DNA of 41,164 nt, from NCBI GenBank assembly GCA_001275005.1, contig JWZX01003386.1, positions 1 through 41,164 of the forward strand. The letters run 5' to 3'. Positions within the stretch are counted from its first letter, which is position 1, and each line of letters opens with the position of its first letter. The notes under the pieces were generated by a model, which was not told the DNA's origin, ran no database searches, and worked only from the letters and a program-made list of their open reading frames with translations. Shown piece by piece: positions 19,587-29,094 of the stretch. The position numbers were made by a program, and so were the translations under genes. Origin of the DNA: Chrysochromulina tobinii. Its lineage: Eukaryota.

Positions 19587-20926
19587 ATGTGGGCCGCGGT
19601 GCCCGCGCTCGCCGCGGCCTTCGCCCTACAGTCCACCGGACGCCCTCAGGTGTGCGATCCGCGCTTGCTCATTGCGCGTCGTCCGCTCGCGCCGCCGCTC
19701 GCGCCTCCTCTGTTGACTCACTCAATTCATCTGCGCAGTTCCCCGAGGGCTTTGATCTGTTTGATGCTGCTGGAGACGCGCGGAGGTGGGCAGTCGCGCG
19801 TGAGCTGCAGAAAAAGTACAGCGCAAGTCCGGCGCTCACCGATTGGACTTCGCCCGCAGCGGCGATCGCTACGCCGTCCACCGCACCGTCCACCGCCACG
19901 ATGTCCGCCACACCGTCCGCCACGCCGTCCGCAACGAGCGATCTGGGCGAGTTGCTCAAGACATTTGACTTCGACGAGTCGTCGGATGCGGACGTGCTCG
20001 CATGCGAGCAGGCCGTCTTCAATACCCTGCGCCGCGAGGCGGGCGATCTCCTAGGCTCGAAGATGACAGCGAGCCTTGCATCGTTGTGCATCCTCAAGCA
20101 CGCTTCGCTGCCCGAGGCAGTGGCGGCGACGCTCTCGAACAAGCTGCACCCTCCGCTGCCGGGCTCGTTTGTGGGCGCCTCGACTGTGGGCGGTGCGCTT
20201 GCCGAGGCGACCACGGCCGAGGAGGCGCTTCGCTCTACGATGGTGCGCGTGCTGAGCGGGGCGGCGGCGCGGCGTTCCGTCGTCTCCGACCTCGTCAAGG
20301 TGCTCGTCGTCGATCCGGCCGCCGAGGGCTTGCTGCAGCCGATGCTCTTCTTCAAGGGCTTCCACGCGCTTGCGACGCATCGCGTGGCGCACTCGCTCTG
20401 GCTGGATGGGAGTGCGAGCTCACGTGGCGCCGCGCTGATGCTGCAGTCGCGCGCGTCGGAGCTCTTCGGCGTCGACATTCACCCGGGCGCCACCATCGGC
20501 AACGGTGTGATGCTCGACCACGCGAGCGGCGTGGTGATCGGCGCGACGGCCATCGTTGGCTCTGACGTGTACATGTTGCATGGCGTCACGCTCGGCGCCA
20601 CCGGTAAGCCGACTTTTGGCGCCAAGCGCCACCCGACCATCGGATCGAGTGTCATCCTGGGCGCGGGCGCAGCCGTCCTCGGCGACATCACCGTGGCGGA
20701 CGGGTGCACCGTGAGCGCGGGCGCGATTGTCACCAAGGACGTGCCGCCGGGCAGTACGGTCGTCGGCATCAACAAGCTCCTTGAGCGGCCCGTTGTGATG
20801 AACGAGCAGCCGCGCAAGGCCGACGACGGCGCCGAGCCCAGTGCCACAGCACGGCAGCCAGCGGGTCTGCAGGCTTCACGATCCGGCACTAATGCCGACG
20901 ACTACACGTGGCTATACAGCATTTGA
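19587..20926 (+). CDS. cysE: Serine O-acetyltransferase (CysE/SAT), probably plastid-targeted; exons 19587-19649 and 19739-20926
   Basis: DPAAEGLLQPMLFFKGFHALATHRVAH, FGVDIHPGATIG, LDHASGVVIG, LHGVTLGATGK..RHPTIG. An 89-nt GT..CAG intron (19650-19738) joins leader MWAAVPALAAAFAL in frame to the body. Confidence 0.93.
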
Positions 20927-21547
20927 CGCCCGCACTTGTGCCCCGCGCCGTACCGCGCCGGATCGAATGAAGCGGCGACGTCTTGAGACGCTCTGCCTCT
21001 GGGCGGGGAGAGCGGATAGATCGTGCTCCGCGCTACTTTCGGTTGAGCGCCGTGGCATGTCAGTGAAGAGCGCGCCATCGCATTGCACGACTTTGCTGAT
21101 GCGCGAGAATCGTATAACTCGTAGCGTTGCGCAGGGGCAGTCGCCGGCCGCCGCGGCTGCCGCGTCCTCGGGCTTCCGGGCGCGAGCGTGCGGCGGAGCG
21201 GTGTAATGGAGGCCACGATTTGCGATTGCGCGGGAAAACGGTCACCACGAAGGATAGGAAAAGGCTAACGTGTAACGACCCCGCGCGCGCGGCTGGTTCC
21301 GATGTCGTCACACCCTCACCTCCCTAAAGTAACGGCGTAATCGCCTCTCGTCTATTATTCGCCTATTTACGACTTGGACGCTGCCCGGCTGCCGCCTTGG
21401 CCCTTGCCCCGCGCCCCCGCCCCGCACGGCTGCTGTCCGGTCCGGGTTCCTTGTCATTCTGTCACCGGCGTCCACGATGCACGCGCCACAACCGCGCTTC
21501 TCGTCTTCTCTCTTCATACGCGGGCCGTCTATATTCATATATGCTGA

Positions 21548-24500
21548 CTAAAGAACTTGGCGAAAATCCTGTCCTAGACTTGCATAGGCTCCATGGTAGG
21601 CAAACGGGCTACCACCGTACGCTCTGAACGACTCGGGGCCAGGCCGGTAGCTCAATTGTGGCTGCGGCTGCGGCTGCTGAGGCGGTGCGTACGGAGAAGG
21701 CGGAGGCTGTTGCCCATACGACGAGGGCAAGGGCATGCCAGACATCGGTCCGTAGCCAGGCGGGAATACTGGAGGCGGCTGCCCATAGGCGTGGTGCTGG
21801 GAGTGCAGCTGTGGGAAAGGGTGTGAATAGCCCTGCGGCGGCATGGCGTATGGCGCGTATGGGTGTTGCGGCGCATACGGCACGTGCGGGTGCTGCGGCG
21901 ACTGCGTCATCCCCCATGATGACGGCGCTGGCGGCGGCATGGTGTATGGCGACGGAGGTGGGAAGTAGCCTGCCGCTCCAGCTCCGGCACCGCCAAACGC
22001 TCCGCTGTACCCGCCGCTGTGCGTCGAAGGCGGCGACATGGGCTGCGGCATGGGTGACGGCATGGGCGACGGCGCAGACATCGGCATGGTGGTGCTGAGC
22101 GCAGTGGATGGCGTCATGGGCGGCGGTAAAGGGTACGCGCTCGTGCCGAGCGTCGTGCCGAGCACGGCCCGAGCACGGTCCCACGGCTGCAAGTTGAGGG
22201 CGGAGAGCCCCTCGGCGGCGAGCGCGTGGATGGAGCGTGCGTTCACAGACGGGTCTTGGATGATCTGCTGGTAGAGCCGGGCGGCGGCGGCGTCGGGCAA
22301 GCGGTGACCGGTGACGCCTTGGCGCTCGGGGCCGGCGGCGATCACGTTGGCAAGGGAGAGAAGGCAATGCGACTCCGCGCACGTCGCGTGCGCCTGCCGC
22401 GCAAAGTGCTCCGCGCTGTACCAGTCTGCCGCCGCGAAGGCCGCTGCCGACTGCGCAAGAAGCGCCTTGGCAACTTGGCGACTCTCCTTGTTCTGTTGCT
22501 TGGCGAGCTTCTGAGCATCGCGCTCGGTCTGCTGCTGCTCGCGCTGCTGGCGGCGTGCCTCGCGCTCGGCTCGGCGCGCATCGCGCTCGGCTCGGCGCTG
22601 CTCCTTCTCGTGGGCGAGCTTCTCCTCCTCGCGGCTACTGACGGAGAGCTGCGACGAGGGCGCTGAGCTTCGCGCCATTAAAAGCCCGATCGCGTCGCCG
22701 CCGACCCGGCCGCCGCCGCCGCCGCGGCTGCTCGCACTAGCCACACGCGCCGCCTCCAGCTTCATTTGGCGCTGCAACTCGGCAAAGTCGATCCAATTCT
22801 CGCCGGCAGCGCCGACGCTGCTGTCGCCGGCCTCGTCGACCACCGGCTGCGCCCCGGCGGCTCCTCGTCGGCGGCTCCCACCTGTATCTCGGCCTGTATC
22901 TCGGCCTGTATCTCGATCTGCAGCTCGGCCAGTATCTCGGATGCTCGACATGGCGCCTGTTCGGCCGTCGGGCGTGGCGGCGTCGCCCTTGGCTCTATAC
23001 GATGCGCTCTCCTCCGCGTTCCCCGGCCAGGCCCAGCCGGTGGCCGTGCTGCTGCTGCTCGGGTAGTTGACGTGCTGAGGGTAGCCCGCGGCGAGCTTGG
23101 CGGCAGCCGACGTCAGAGGCGAGGGCACCATCGCGTCTTGTGTCGCCGCGGTGAAGGGGGCGGTGGTCTGCTGCTGCTGCTGCCCAGTGGCGCCACGCGA
23201 GGATGACGATTTGGGCGAGAGCGCATGCGACTGGGCGTTCGACTGCAGGCTACTGGGCAAGTAGCACAACGGTCCCAGGTACGAGGAAGCTTCCGCCTCC
23301 GCCGCCGCGCCGGCGGCTGCGTCGTCCTCGCCCTCGCCGTCGGAGCTCCTCGCCGAATCAGACCACCACACGCCAAGAGCGTCGAAGGGCGCGTCGGCGG
23401 TCGCGGGGGAGGCTGCGGGGGATGGCCTCGCGCGTGCCGCGGGGCTCGCGTGCGTGCGGGGGTTCGCCGCTACGGGGAGTGGCTCCACCTCCTCTGGAGT
23501 GCCCTGCATCCCGAGCCTGGCACGCACATAGGGAACTCCATCGCCCTGCCTGCCTCGATCGGGGCTCCGGTGCGACAGGATTCCATCGCCCTGCCTGCCT
23601 CGATCGGGGCTCCGGTGCGCTCCGATCCGATCCCAGCCCCCAAGGTCGCTGCTGTTGCTTGAGTCGCTGCTGTCCTGGCTCGCAGGGCTGAGAGGCCGCC
23701 GAGGCGCGCGGGACTCCTCGGCGAGCGAATGCACGGTCTCCGCGGTCAGTTGACGGCGCAGCGGCGGCGTCGCCGGCGGCGTCGCCGGCGGTGTAACGGC
23801 GCGAGGCCTTCCAGCAGCGGCGCCGGCCATAGCGGTGGATGCTACTGTCACTGTCTCGGCAGCGGAGAACGCCTTCACATCCTCTTGCCTCGCCGCCGCC
23901 GTGGCGAGCGGCTCCCCGGCTTCCGCCCAAGTACTCGGGACAGCGTCCGCGCGTGGCGAGGCAACTGAGCGGCGCCGGGGCTGGGCTGCGGGCGGAGCAG
24001 GGCTGCGCGCCGTACTGGGAGCCATCATAAGCATCTGCGGCGCATCGTCCTCGCCCGGCGCGGGCAATGGGCGCGAGGCGGGCCGCGCGGCGGGACGGCC
24101 AACGGGCGATCGGCCAGGGGACGCAGGGCTGCTGGCGCGTGTAAGCCTCGAGGGCGACAGCGGCCAAAGCAGCTGTTTGAACGTCTTCGCCGCCGCTTCG
24201 CGCGCACGCGTGCCCATGCCCGGCCGTGGCTTGGCGCGGGCCTCGTCGTTCAGCGGCGACGCCACTGACGGGGGCGCGAGCCGAGACGTGCCTGCTGCTG
24301 TGCTCGACGTTGCGGTGGTGGTGGTTGCCGCTGCCGCCGTCACTGCCGCCTCCGCTGCCGCCTTCTCTGCCGCCTCTGCTGCCGTCTCCGCTGCCGCCTC
24401 CGCCATTGCCGTCTCGAGTATTCTCCGTCTGCCAGACGGAGCCGCAGGCGACGAGGCAGCATTCACCATCGCTGCTGCGGGCGTGGCCGCATGAGACGCC

Positions 24501-24892
24501 TCGCTTCGCACAGCTGCTGCCCACGCATCTAATAAGGAGCTCACCGTCCCAGGTTCTGGGTTGCAAGTCCTTCGGCGTAGTGTCGCGTCCCCGGCAGCAG
24601 CCGCCTCACCACGCGACTCGCAGGTACGGACGTAATCAACCCATTCAGCCAGCAATGGATCGAGAGCACGCGGCGAAGCGCGCAGCGGCGAAGCGCGCAG
24701 CGGCGAAGCGCCGCTCGCATGGAGGCTGGCTTCGGTAGCACTGGTGCTGCCAGCAGCCATGGCTTCCTGCGTGGCCTCCACATCAGCCACGCTGGCGATG
24801 CCCGCTGCCGCAGCCTTGCCGGCACGCCCAGGCGTCGGGGGCGCCGCGCGCGGCGGCCGCGAGGGCTCACGGTCGAAAAGCCGCAAGGCCAT
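21548..24892 (-). CDS. Large hypothetical low-complexity protein (coiled coil, TPR-like helices, Pro/Tyr/Gln-rich tail)
   Basis: 1114-aa ATG-started ORF; EEEKLAHEKEQRRAERDARR coil; ALLAQSAAAFAAADWYSAEHFARQAH is a TPR-like helix; PY-rich C-terminus. Confidence 0.7.
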   Translation of the reverse strand: MALRLFDREPSRPPRAAPPTPGRAGKAAAAGIASVADVEATQEAMAAGSTSATEASLHASGASPLRASPLRASPRALDPLLAEWVDYVRTCESRGEAAAAGDATLRRRTCNPEPGTVSSLLDAWAAAVRSEASHAATPAAAMVNAASSPAAPSGRRRILETAMAEAAAETAAEAAEKAAAEAAVTAAAATTTTATSSTAAGTSRLAPPSVASPLNDEARAKPRPGMGTRAREAAAKTFKQLLWPLSPSRLTRASSPASPGRSPVGRPAARPASRPLPAPGEDDAPQMLMMAPSTARSPAPPAAQPRRRSVASPRADAVPSTWAEAGEPLATAAARQEDVKAFSAAETVTVASTAMAGAAAGRPRAVTPPATPPATPPLRRQLTAETVHSLAEESRAPRRPLSPASQDSSDSSNSSDLGGWDRIGAHRSPDRGRQGDGILSHRSPDRGRQGDGVPYVRARLGMQGTPEEVEPLPVAANPRTHASPAARARPSPAASPATADAPFDALGVWWSDSARSSDGEGEDDAAAGAAAEAEASSYLGPLCYLPSSLQSNAQSHALSPKSSSSRGATGQQQQQTTAPFTAATQDAMVPSPLTSAAAKLAAGYPQHVNYPSSSSTATGWAWPGNAEESASYRAKGDAATPDGRTGAMSSIRDTGRAADRDTGRDTGRDTGGSRRRGAAGAQPVVDEAGDSSVGAAGENWIDFAELQRQMKLEAARVASASSRGGGGGRVGGDAIGLLMARSSAPSSQLSVSSREEEKLAHEKEQRRAERDARRAEREARRQQREQQQTERDAQKLAKQQNKESRQVAKALLAQSAAAFAAADWYSAEHFARQAHATCAESHCLLSLANVIAAGPERQGVTGHRLPDAAAARLYQQIIQDPSVNARSIHALAAEGLSALNLQPWDRARAVLGTTLGTSAYPLPPPMTPSTALSTTMPMSAPSPMPSPMPQPMSPPSTHSGGYSGAFGGAGAGAAGYFPPPSPYTMPPPAPSSWGMTQSPQHPHVPYAPQHPYAPYAMPPQGYSHPFPQLHSQHHAYGQPPPVFPPGYGPMSGMPLPSSYGQQPPPSPYAPPQQPQPQPQLSYRPGPESFRAYGGSPFAYHGAYASLGQDFRQVL
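23537..23619. repeat. 38-bp exact intragenic duplication (period 45), encoding HRSPDRGRQGDG x2
   Basis: tccatcgccctgcctgcctcgatcggggctccggtgcg at 23537-23574 and 23582-23619. Confidence 0.9.
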
Positions 24893-25067
24893 TGCACCAA
24901 TTTTTCACACGACTGTGAGTCCAACACAACGCGTTACGTTCACGTTCACGTTAAATTGCCATATCGGCACGCGTTTTCCGGATGAACTCGACGCGCCTCG
25001 GTCGACGCTTCGGTACTTACACTTACACCACCATGTACACCACTAACCAGTCCCACGGGCCTCTGAT

Positions 25068-26145
25068 TCACGCTGAACGTGGCGATGAGGCACACAGCGC
25101 CGGCACCACATCGAGCAGAACCCACGCCATGGGCCCATAGCAGAAGACCTTGGCGATAGGCTCCTCCCGATCACGCACACGCTCGGGCAGGCGCGCGCGC
25201 CCATAGAGCTGGAAGGCGGCGGCGACGAGGCGCTTCGCGAGCGGCTTGAATGCACTCTTGGCGGCGCCCGTGCACACCAGGGCGAGCAGACAGCGCAGGG
25301 CCAGGTCGCGACGACCGTAGCCGAGACCCAACGGCTTCGGCTGCCAGCTAGGAAGCTGAGCCTCGCGCCAGATAGCGAGCACGGCACCCAGAGAGCAGCC
25401 AAGAACGATCGCACTCTCGGTGACCGAACCGTCCGATGGAGCGTCGTCCCGTTCCTTGCCGCCGCCGACGCCTTCACCGTGTGCACGGTTGCGAGGGTGC
25501 GCGAGCGCGAGCGCGATCGCAAGTGACACGACGGCGGGAGCGGCCAGCTGAGCCGGAGAACCACTGCTCAAAGACGCCACTACCGACGAGTTTCTCGAAG
25601 TGGTGAGAGATGACGAGGCCGAGCAGCCAGCCGCCCGCCACGTCCGGCAGCGAGTGCACGCCGAGCTGCAGACGTGCAAACCCGATGAGCGCCGGGTACG
25701 CTAGGGAGACGTGTCGCGGAGTGCCAGTGGCCAGCACGCCCGCCAACGGCGAGGCCTGCGACATTAGAAAGCATGGCAGTGCCATGCCGGCCGCGCAATG
25801 CAGCGAGGGGAAGCCGAAGCCGCCCTCCTCCCGCGACAGTGCGCCCTCTCCGTCGGCGGCCTGTGGGCGCGGCAGTCGCAGCAGTGTCTTGAGGAAATTG
25901 GAACTGTACAGGGTGATCGAGACGAGGCACATGAGCCGACGAGCAAAACGAGCGTCGAAAGCTGCAGCGGTCGGCACGGCGAGCGTCATGAACAACTCGG
26001 ACACCGTGAGGCTAATGGCGCGCGAGAAAACAGTCGCTGCGCGATCAAAGGGCTTGCAGAGCTGCCTCAGGAAGGTGTTAACGGAAGGCGAGGTGCGCAG
26101 GATGGACCACAGCAGGACGAACCACAGCTTGTTGGTGCAGAGCAT
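25068..26145 (-). CDS. PAP2-family lipid phosphate phosphatase (sphingosine-1-phosphate phosphatase-like), one +1 frameshift near 25555
   Basis: PAP2 motifs KTLLRLPRP, FPSLH and ARLQLGVHSLPDV. Hydrophobic helices continue in the adjacent frame (AQLAAPAVVSLAIALALAHP..ESAIVLGCSLG..YGPMAWVLLDVVP). Confidence 0.85.
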
Positions 26146-26503
26146 AATCGGGCCAAGGCTCCCGTTTCTCGTTGGCGCGTCCTTCACTCTTGCTCGGCAC
26201 ATCCGTGCCCACGGTCGCGATTCGACGAAAGAACATGCATCCCGCGGAGCTGCCTCCCCAAACTTGCTCCTTCTTTGGAAGTAAACTTGCTTCGAGTTTG
26301 CACCACGTGACACCGGCGCGGACCGGTAAGCCCAGCATGAAAGGACACAACGCCACATGGGACATATGCCCCCAAAAGGGACCCAACACCCACCGGCGCG
26401 CCACGGCGTCGGGCACGGCGACACCCTGACGGGCCCTTGGGCTCGATGCCGCCGGCCCGCGCTGTAGGGCCGCGCTGCCACGCTCTCCCGCTCTTTCTCC
26501 TCG

Positions 26504-27018
26504 TCAGAACGCGGGCCGCTCGCCAATCGTGCGCTCGAAGAGGTCTTTGAAAACGTCGCCCCAGAACTCGGCGGGCGAGATGCCCTCGCGAGAGAGCGCC
26601 GCCGTCTCAAGCAAATACGCGAGCACCATGGGGTTGGACAGCAGCACGGGAAGCGCAAAGAGTGTCACCAGCGCGGCGGAGATGTAGATCGTGCGAGCTG
26701 TTCCGGGGCGTGCGCTCCTCCCACGACCAGCTGCGCGCCGTGCGCAGACGCGTCGAGTTCTTGAGATCTTCCACATCCCAATCGGGGCGCAGCAACACGT
26801 ACCGAGCCCACGCAGCTCGTAAGCCACCGCGCACGCGGCTGGCCAGCGACAGTTGCTCCTCGGCATCGCCCCCGCCCTGACGAAGCTGCAGCTTCGTCGT
26901 GCGGAGTGGGAGCGCTGCTATGATTTTGCGCTCGATCTCGTGCGTGGGCGCGGGAATGCTGGTGGCGTGGTGGAGGAACCGTCCGTGCGTCGCAAACTGA
27001 ACACACCGCGCACCCCAT
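26504..27018 (-). CDS. Small hypothetical membrane protein, +1 frameshift at ~26705; 5' end uncertain
   Basis: ..AAWARYVLLRPDWDVEDLKNSTRLRTARSWSWEERTP joins GTARTIYISAALVTLFALPVLLSNPMVLAYLL.. if one base of the gggg run (26705-26708) is removed. Confidence 0.5.
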
Positions 27019-27039
27019 CGTGTTTCCACCTGCGCGCGG

Positions 27040-27873
27040 ATGTGGGCTGCGATAGGCCGCGGGTCAGTTAGGTACCTGGTCGCTACGTGTGAGCTCGGTG
27101 CCGGCGGCAAACCGTGCGGCTCCGTGGCACAGAAGCCCGTGAATACAGCGCTCCCGCCCACCACTGGCCACCGTCCGACCACTGCCCGACCACCATCGGC
27201 TATCGTCCAGCAGTTTGCTCCAGAGCTGCAGTATGGGCGGGTCTCGGGCTCCGTCACGCTGACCGAGCAACCCAATGGCGACACTCTGATCGCGTGGGAT
27301 GTCACTGGCCTGTCTCCAGGAGAGCACGGCTTCCACATTCACGAGAGCGCCGACTTCAGCAACGGCTGCGTCTCCGCCGGACCTCACTATAACCCTTTTG
27401 GTACGCCCCTTGTCACGAGCCCCTTTGGCACGCGATTGATCCGCTACCCTGATGTGACTGACTCCCCGTGGACCGCCACGAACGCAGGCAAGAACCACGG
27501 CGGTCCCAACGACAAGGACCGCCACGTGGGCGATCTCGGGAACATCAAAGCAGACGTGACTGGCCGTGCAAAGGGCCAGATGATCGACAGCCTCGTCAAG
27601 CTGAGGGGACCGTATAGCGTCATCGGGCGCAGCATGATGGTCCACGCGGACCCCGATGACCTTGGCCGCGGCGACAACTCGAAGGCGCACGAGCCTGGGC
27701 CGCCGAAGAACGGTTTCGTCTCGAAGATCACGGGCAATGCAGGCGCTCGCCTAGTGTGCGGTGAGATCAAGCTTGCTGGCGCTCCGGGCAGCTCGAAATC
27801 AGCCGTCGCAGCGTGCTGCGACACACCTGCTGGGTCGCCAACCAAATCATCATCATCCCCAACCAAGAAATAG
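27040..27873 (+). CDS. SOD1: Cu/Zn superoxide dismutase; intron 27401-27487, possible intron 27139-27210
   Basis: HGFHIH, NGCVSAGPHYNPF, HGGP, RHVGDLGN, VHADPDDLG, TGNAGARLVCG: all metal ligands, the catalytic Arg and the disulfide Cys are present. Removing gtacgc..aacgcag restores NPFGKNHGGP. Confidence 0.95.
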   Translation: MWAAIGRGSVRYLVATCELGAGGKPCGSVAQKPVNTALPPTTGHRPTTARPPSAIVQQFAPELQYGRVSGSVTLTEQPNGDTLIAWDVTGLSPGEHGFHIHESADFSNGCVSAGPHYNPFGTPLVTSPFGTRLIRYPDVTDSPWTATNAGKNHGGPNDKDRHVGDLGNIKADVTGRAKGQMIDSLVKLRGPYSVIGRSMMVHADPDDLGRGDNSKAHEPGPPKNGFVSKITGNAGARLVCGEIKLAGAPGSSKSAVAACCDTPAGSPTKSSSSPTKK

Positions 27874-28387
27874 AGCAACGGCGAGTGACACAGCAGTGCA
27901 TCTCTGCTCGGTCGCACAGCGTGAAGGACTGCGGCGAGGGCAATCTTCATTTACTTCATATGGCATCCCATGGGTGTGCAAAGTGTGCACCCCCTTGGGG
28001 TGTACTGCGCTGGACGCGCCGCTGGCGAATCGGCGAGGATAAGTGCTGTACTTCAACTGTCTCCAATGTGACGGTATAGAGCGACATCAGACTCTCGCGC
28101 AGCGTACCCGCCGCCCGGCCGCGCGGGCCGGATAAACTGGACCGAAGGATAATATAAGTCAACCGTACGGGGATACCCGAGACCCGGGACCGTTGGCGAC
28201 GTGTGTGACGCTTGACCGAATTAAATTGTATGAAAATTAATACGAAATACCGCCCGCCCCCCCACCCGCCACCGACGCGGTGCGCCCGAGGGCGAGGGCG
28301 CCGAGGCCGATTTGCGACGTTTTTATTAGTGACTTAATCCGCGCTTAAAAGTTAAATAGCGGTCTATAGCCAGGTGCTTGCTGGATC

Positions 28388-28517
28388 CGCTGCTTCGCTC
28401 CGTAAGTAAGTAAGTAAGTAAACAACGCCAACTGGCAGCGTACACGTGGCGAGGGGGTCTCCGCCCCAGGCATACGAAGCGTGTAGCTCTACACGGCGTG
28501 TTCGCTGCTTCGCTCCG
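28388..28517 (-). mobile_element. 100-bp insertion with a (TTAC)n tail between perfect 15-bp direct repeats (truncated retroposon-like)
   Basis: cgctgcttcgctccg at 28388-28402 and 28503-28517. (TAAG)4-5 abuts the left copy. Confidence 0.6.
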
Positions 28518-29094
28518 GTTGGCGGTTTGGCTTTGGGTTTTTCCATATTGGCCTTTTAAAAAAGACGTCCGCGCGTTTCTAACGCCTTTTGGCGTACGTG
28601 GCCGCGGGGGGCCGCGACGGTCAAGTAGCCGCGGGGGGGGCGCGGGGCCGATCAGTGGCGGGGCTGCCGGCGCGCACCGCGCGTCCCGCCGGCAACACAG
28701 CGACACACATGCCACGCGGACACGCCACGCGGACCGCGCCACGCCACACGGCACACGGCAGTCACGAGTCGGCACATGCCCATGTCACCGTGAACTGTCA
28801 CCGCCATATCGATATCCCCCGCGCATGGCATCCTCGCCGCGACTGCCGCCAGCCTCACCAACAAAAAGCGTGTACCGTGGCGCGGGAGCACAACCACCTA
28901 CCCGCACACCCTACCACGCGGCGCGGCAGCCGAGCCGTGGTCTATGAGAAAGCAGTTACCACACCCGAGGGGCGCTCTGCTCCGTATCGGCGCGTGACAC
29001 GGGCAAGCGCCTCAAGCAAGACCCGAGACCCGAGACTGCCAATCACAGGGCACAAGTCCATTGGTTCTGGTACGCAAGCTTTGGGCGCCGAAGG

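Noticed and set aside
24929..25030. Short (CACGTT)n and (ACTTAC)n repeats
   Set aside because: Only 2-3 units with no convincing flanking duplication, so not grouped with the TSD-bounded insertions.
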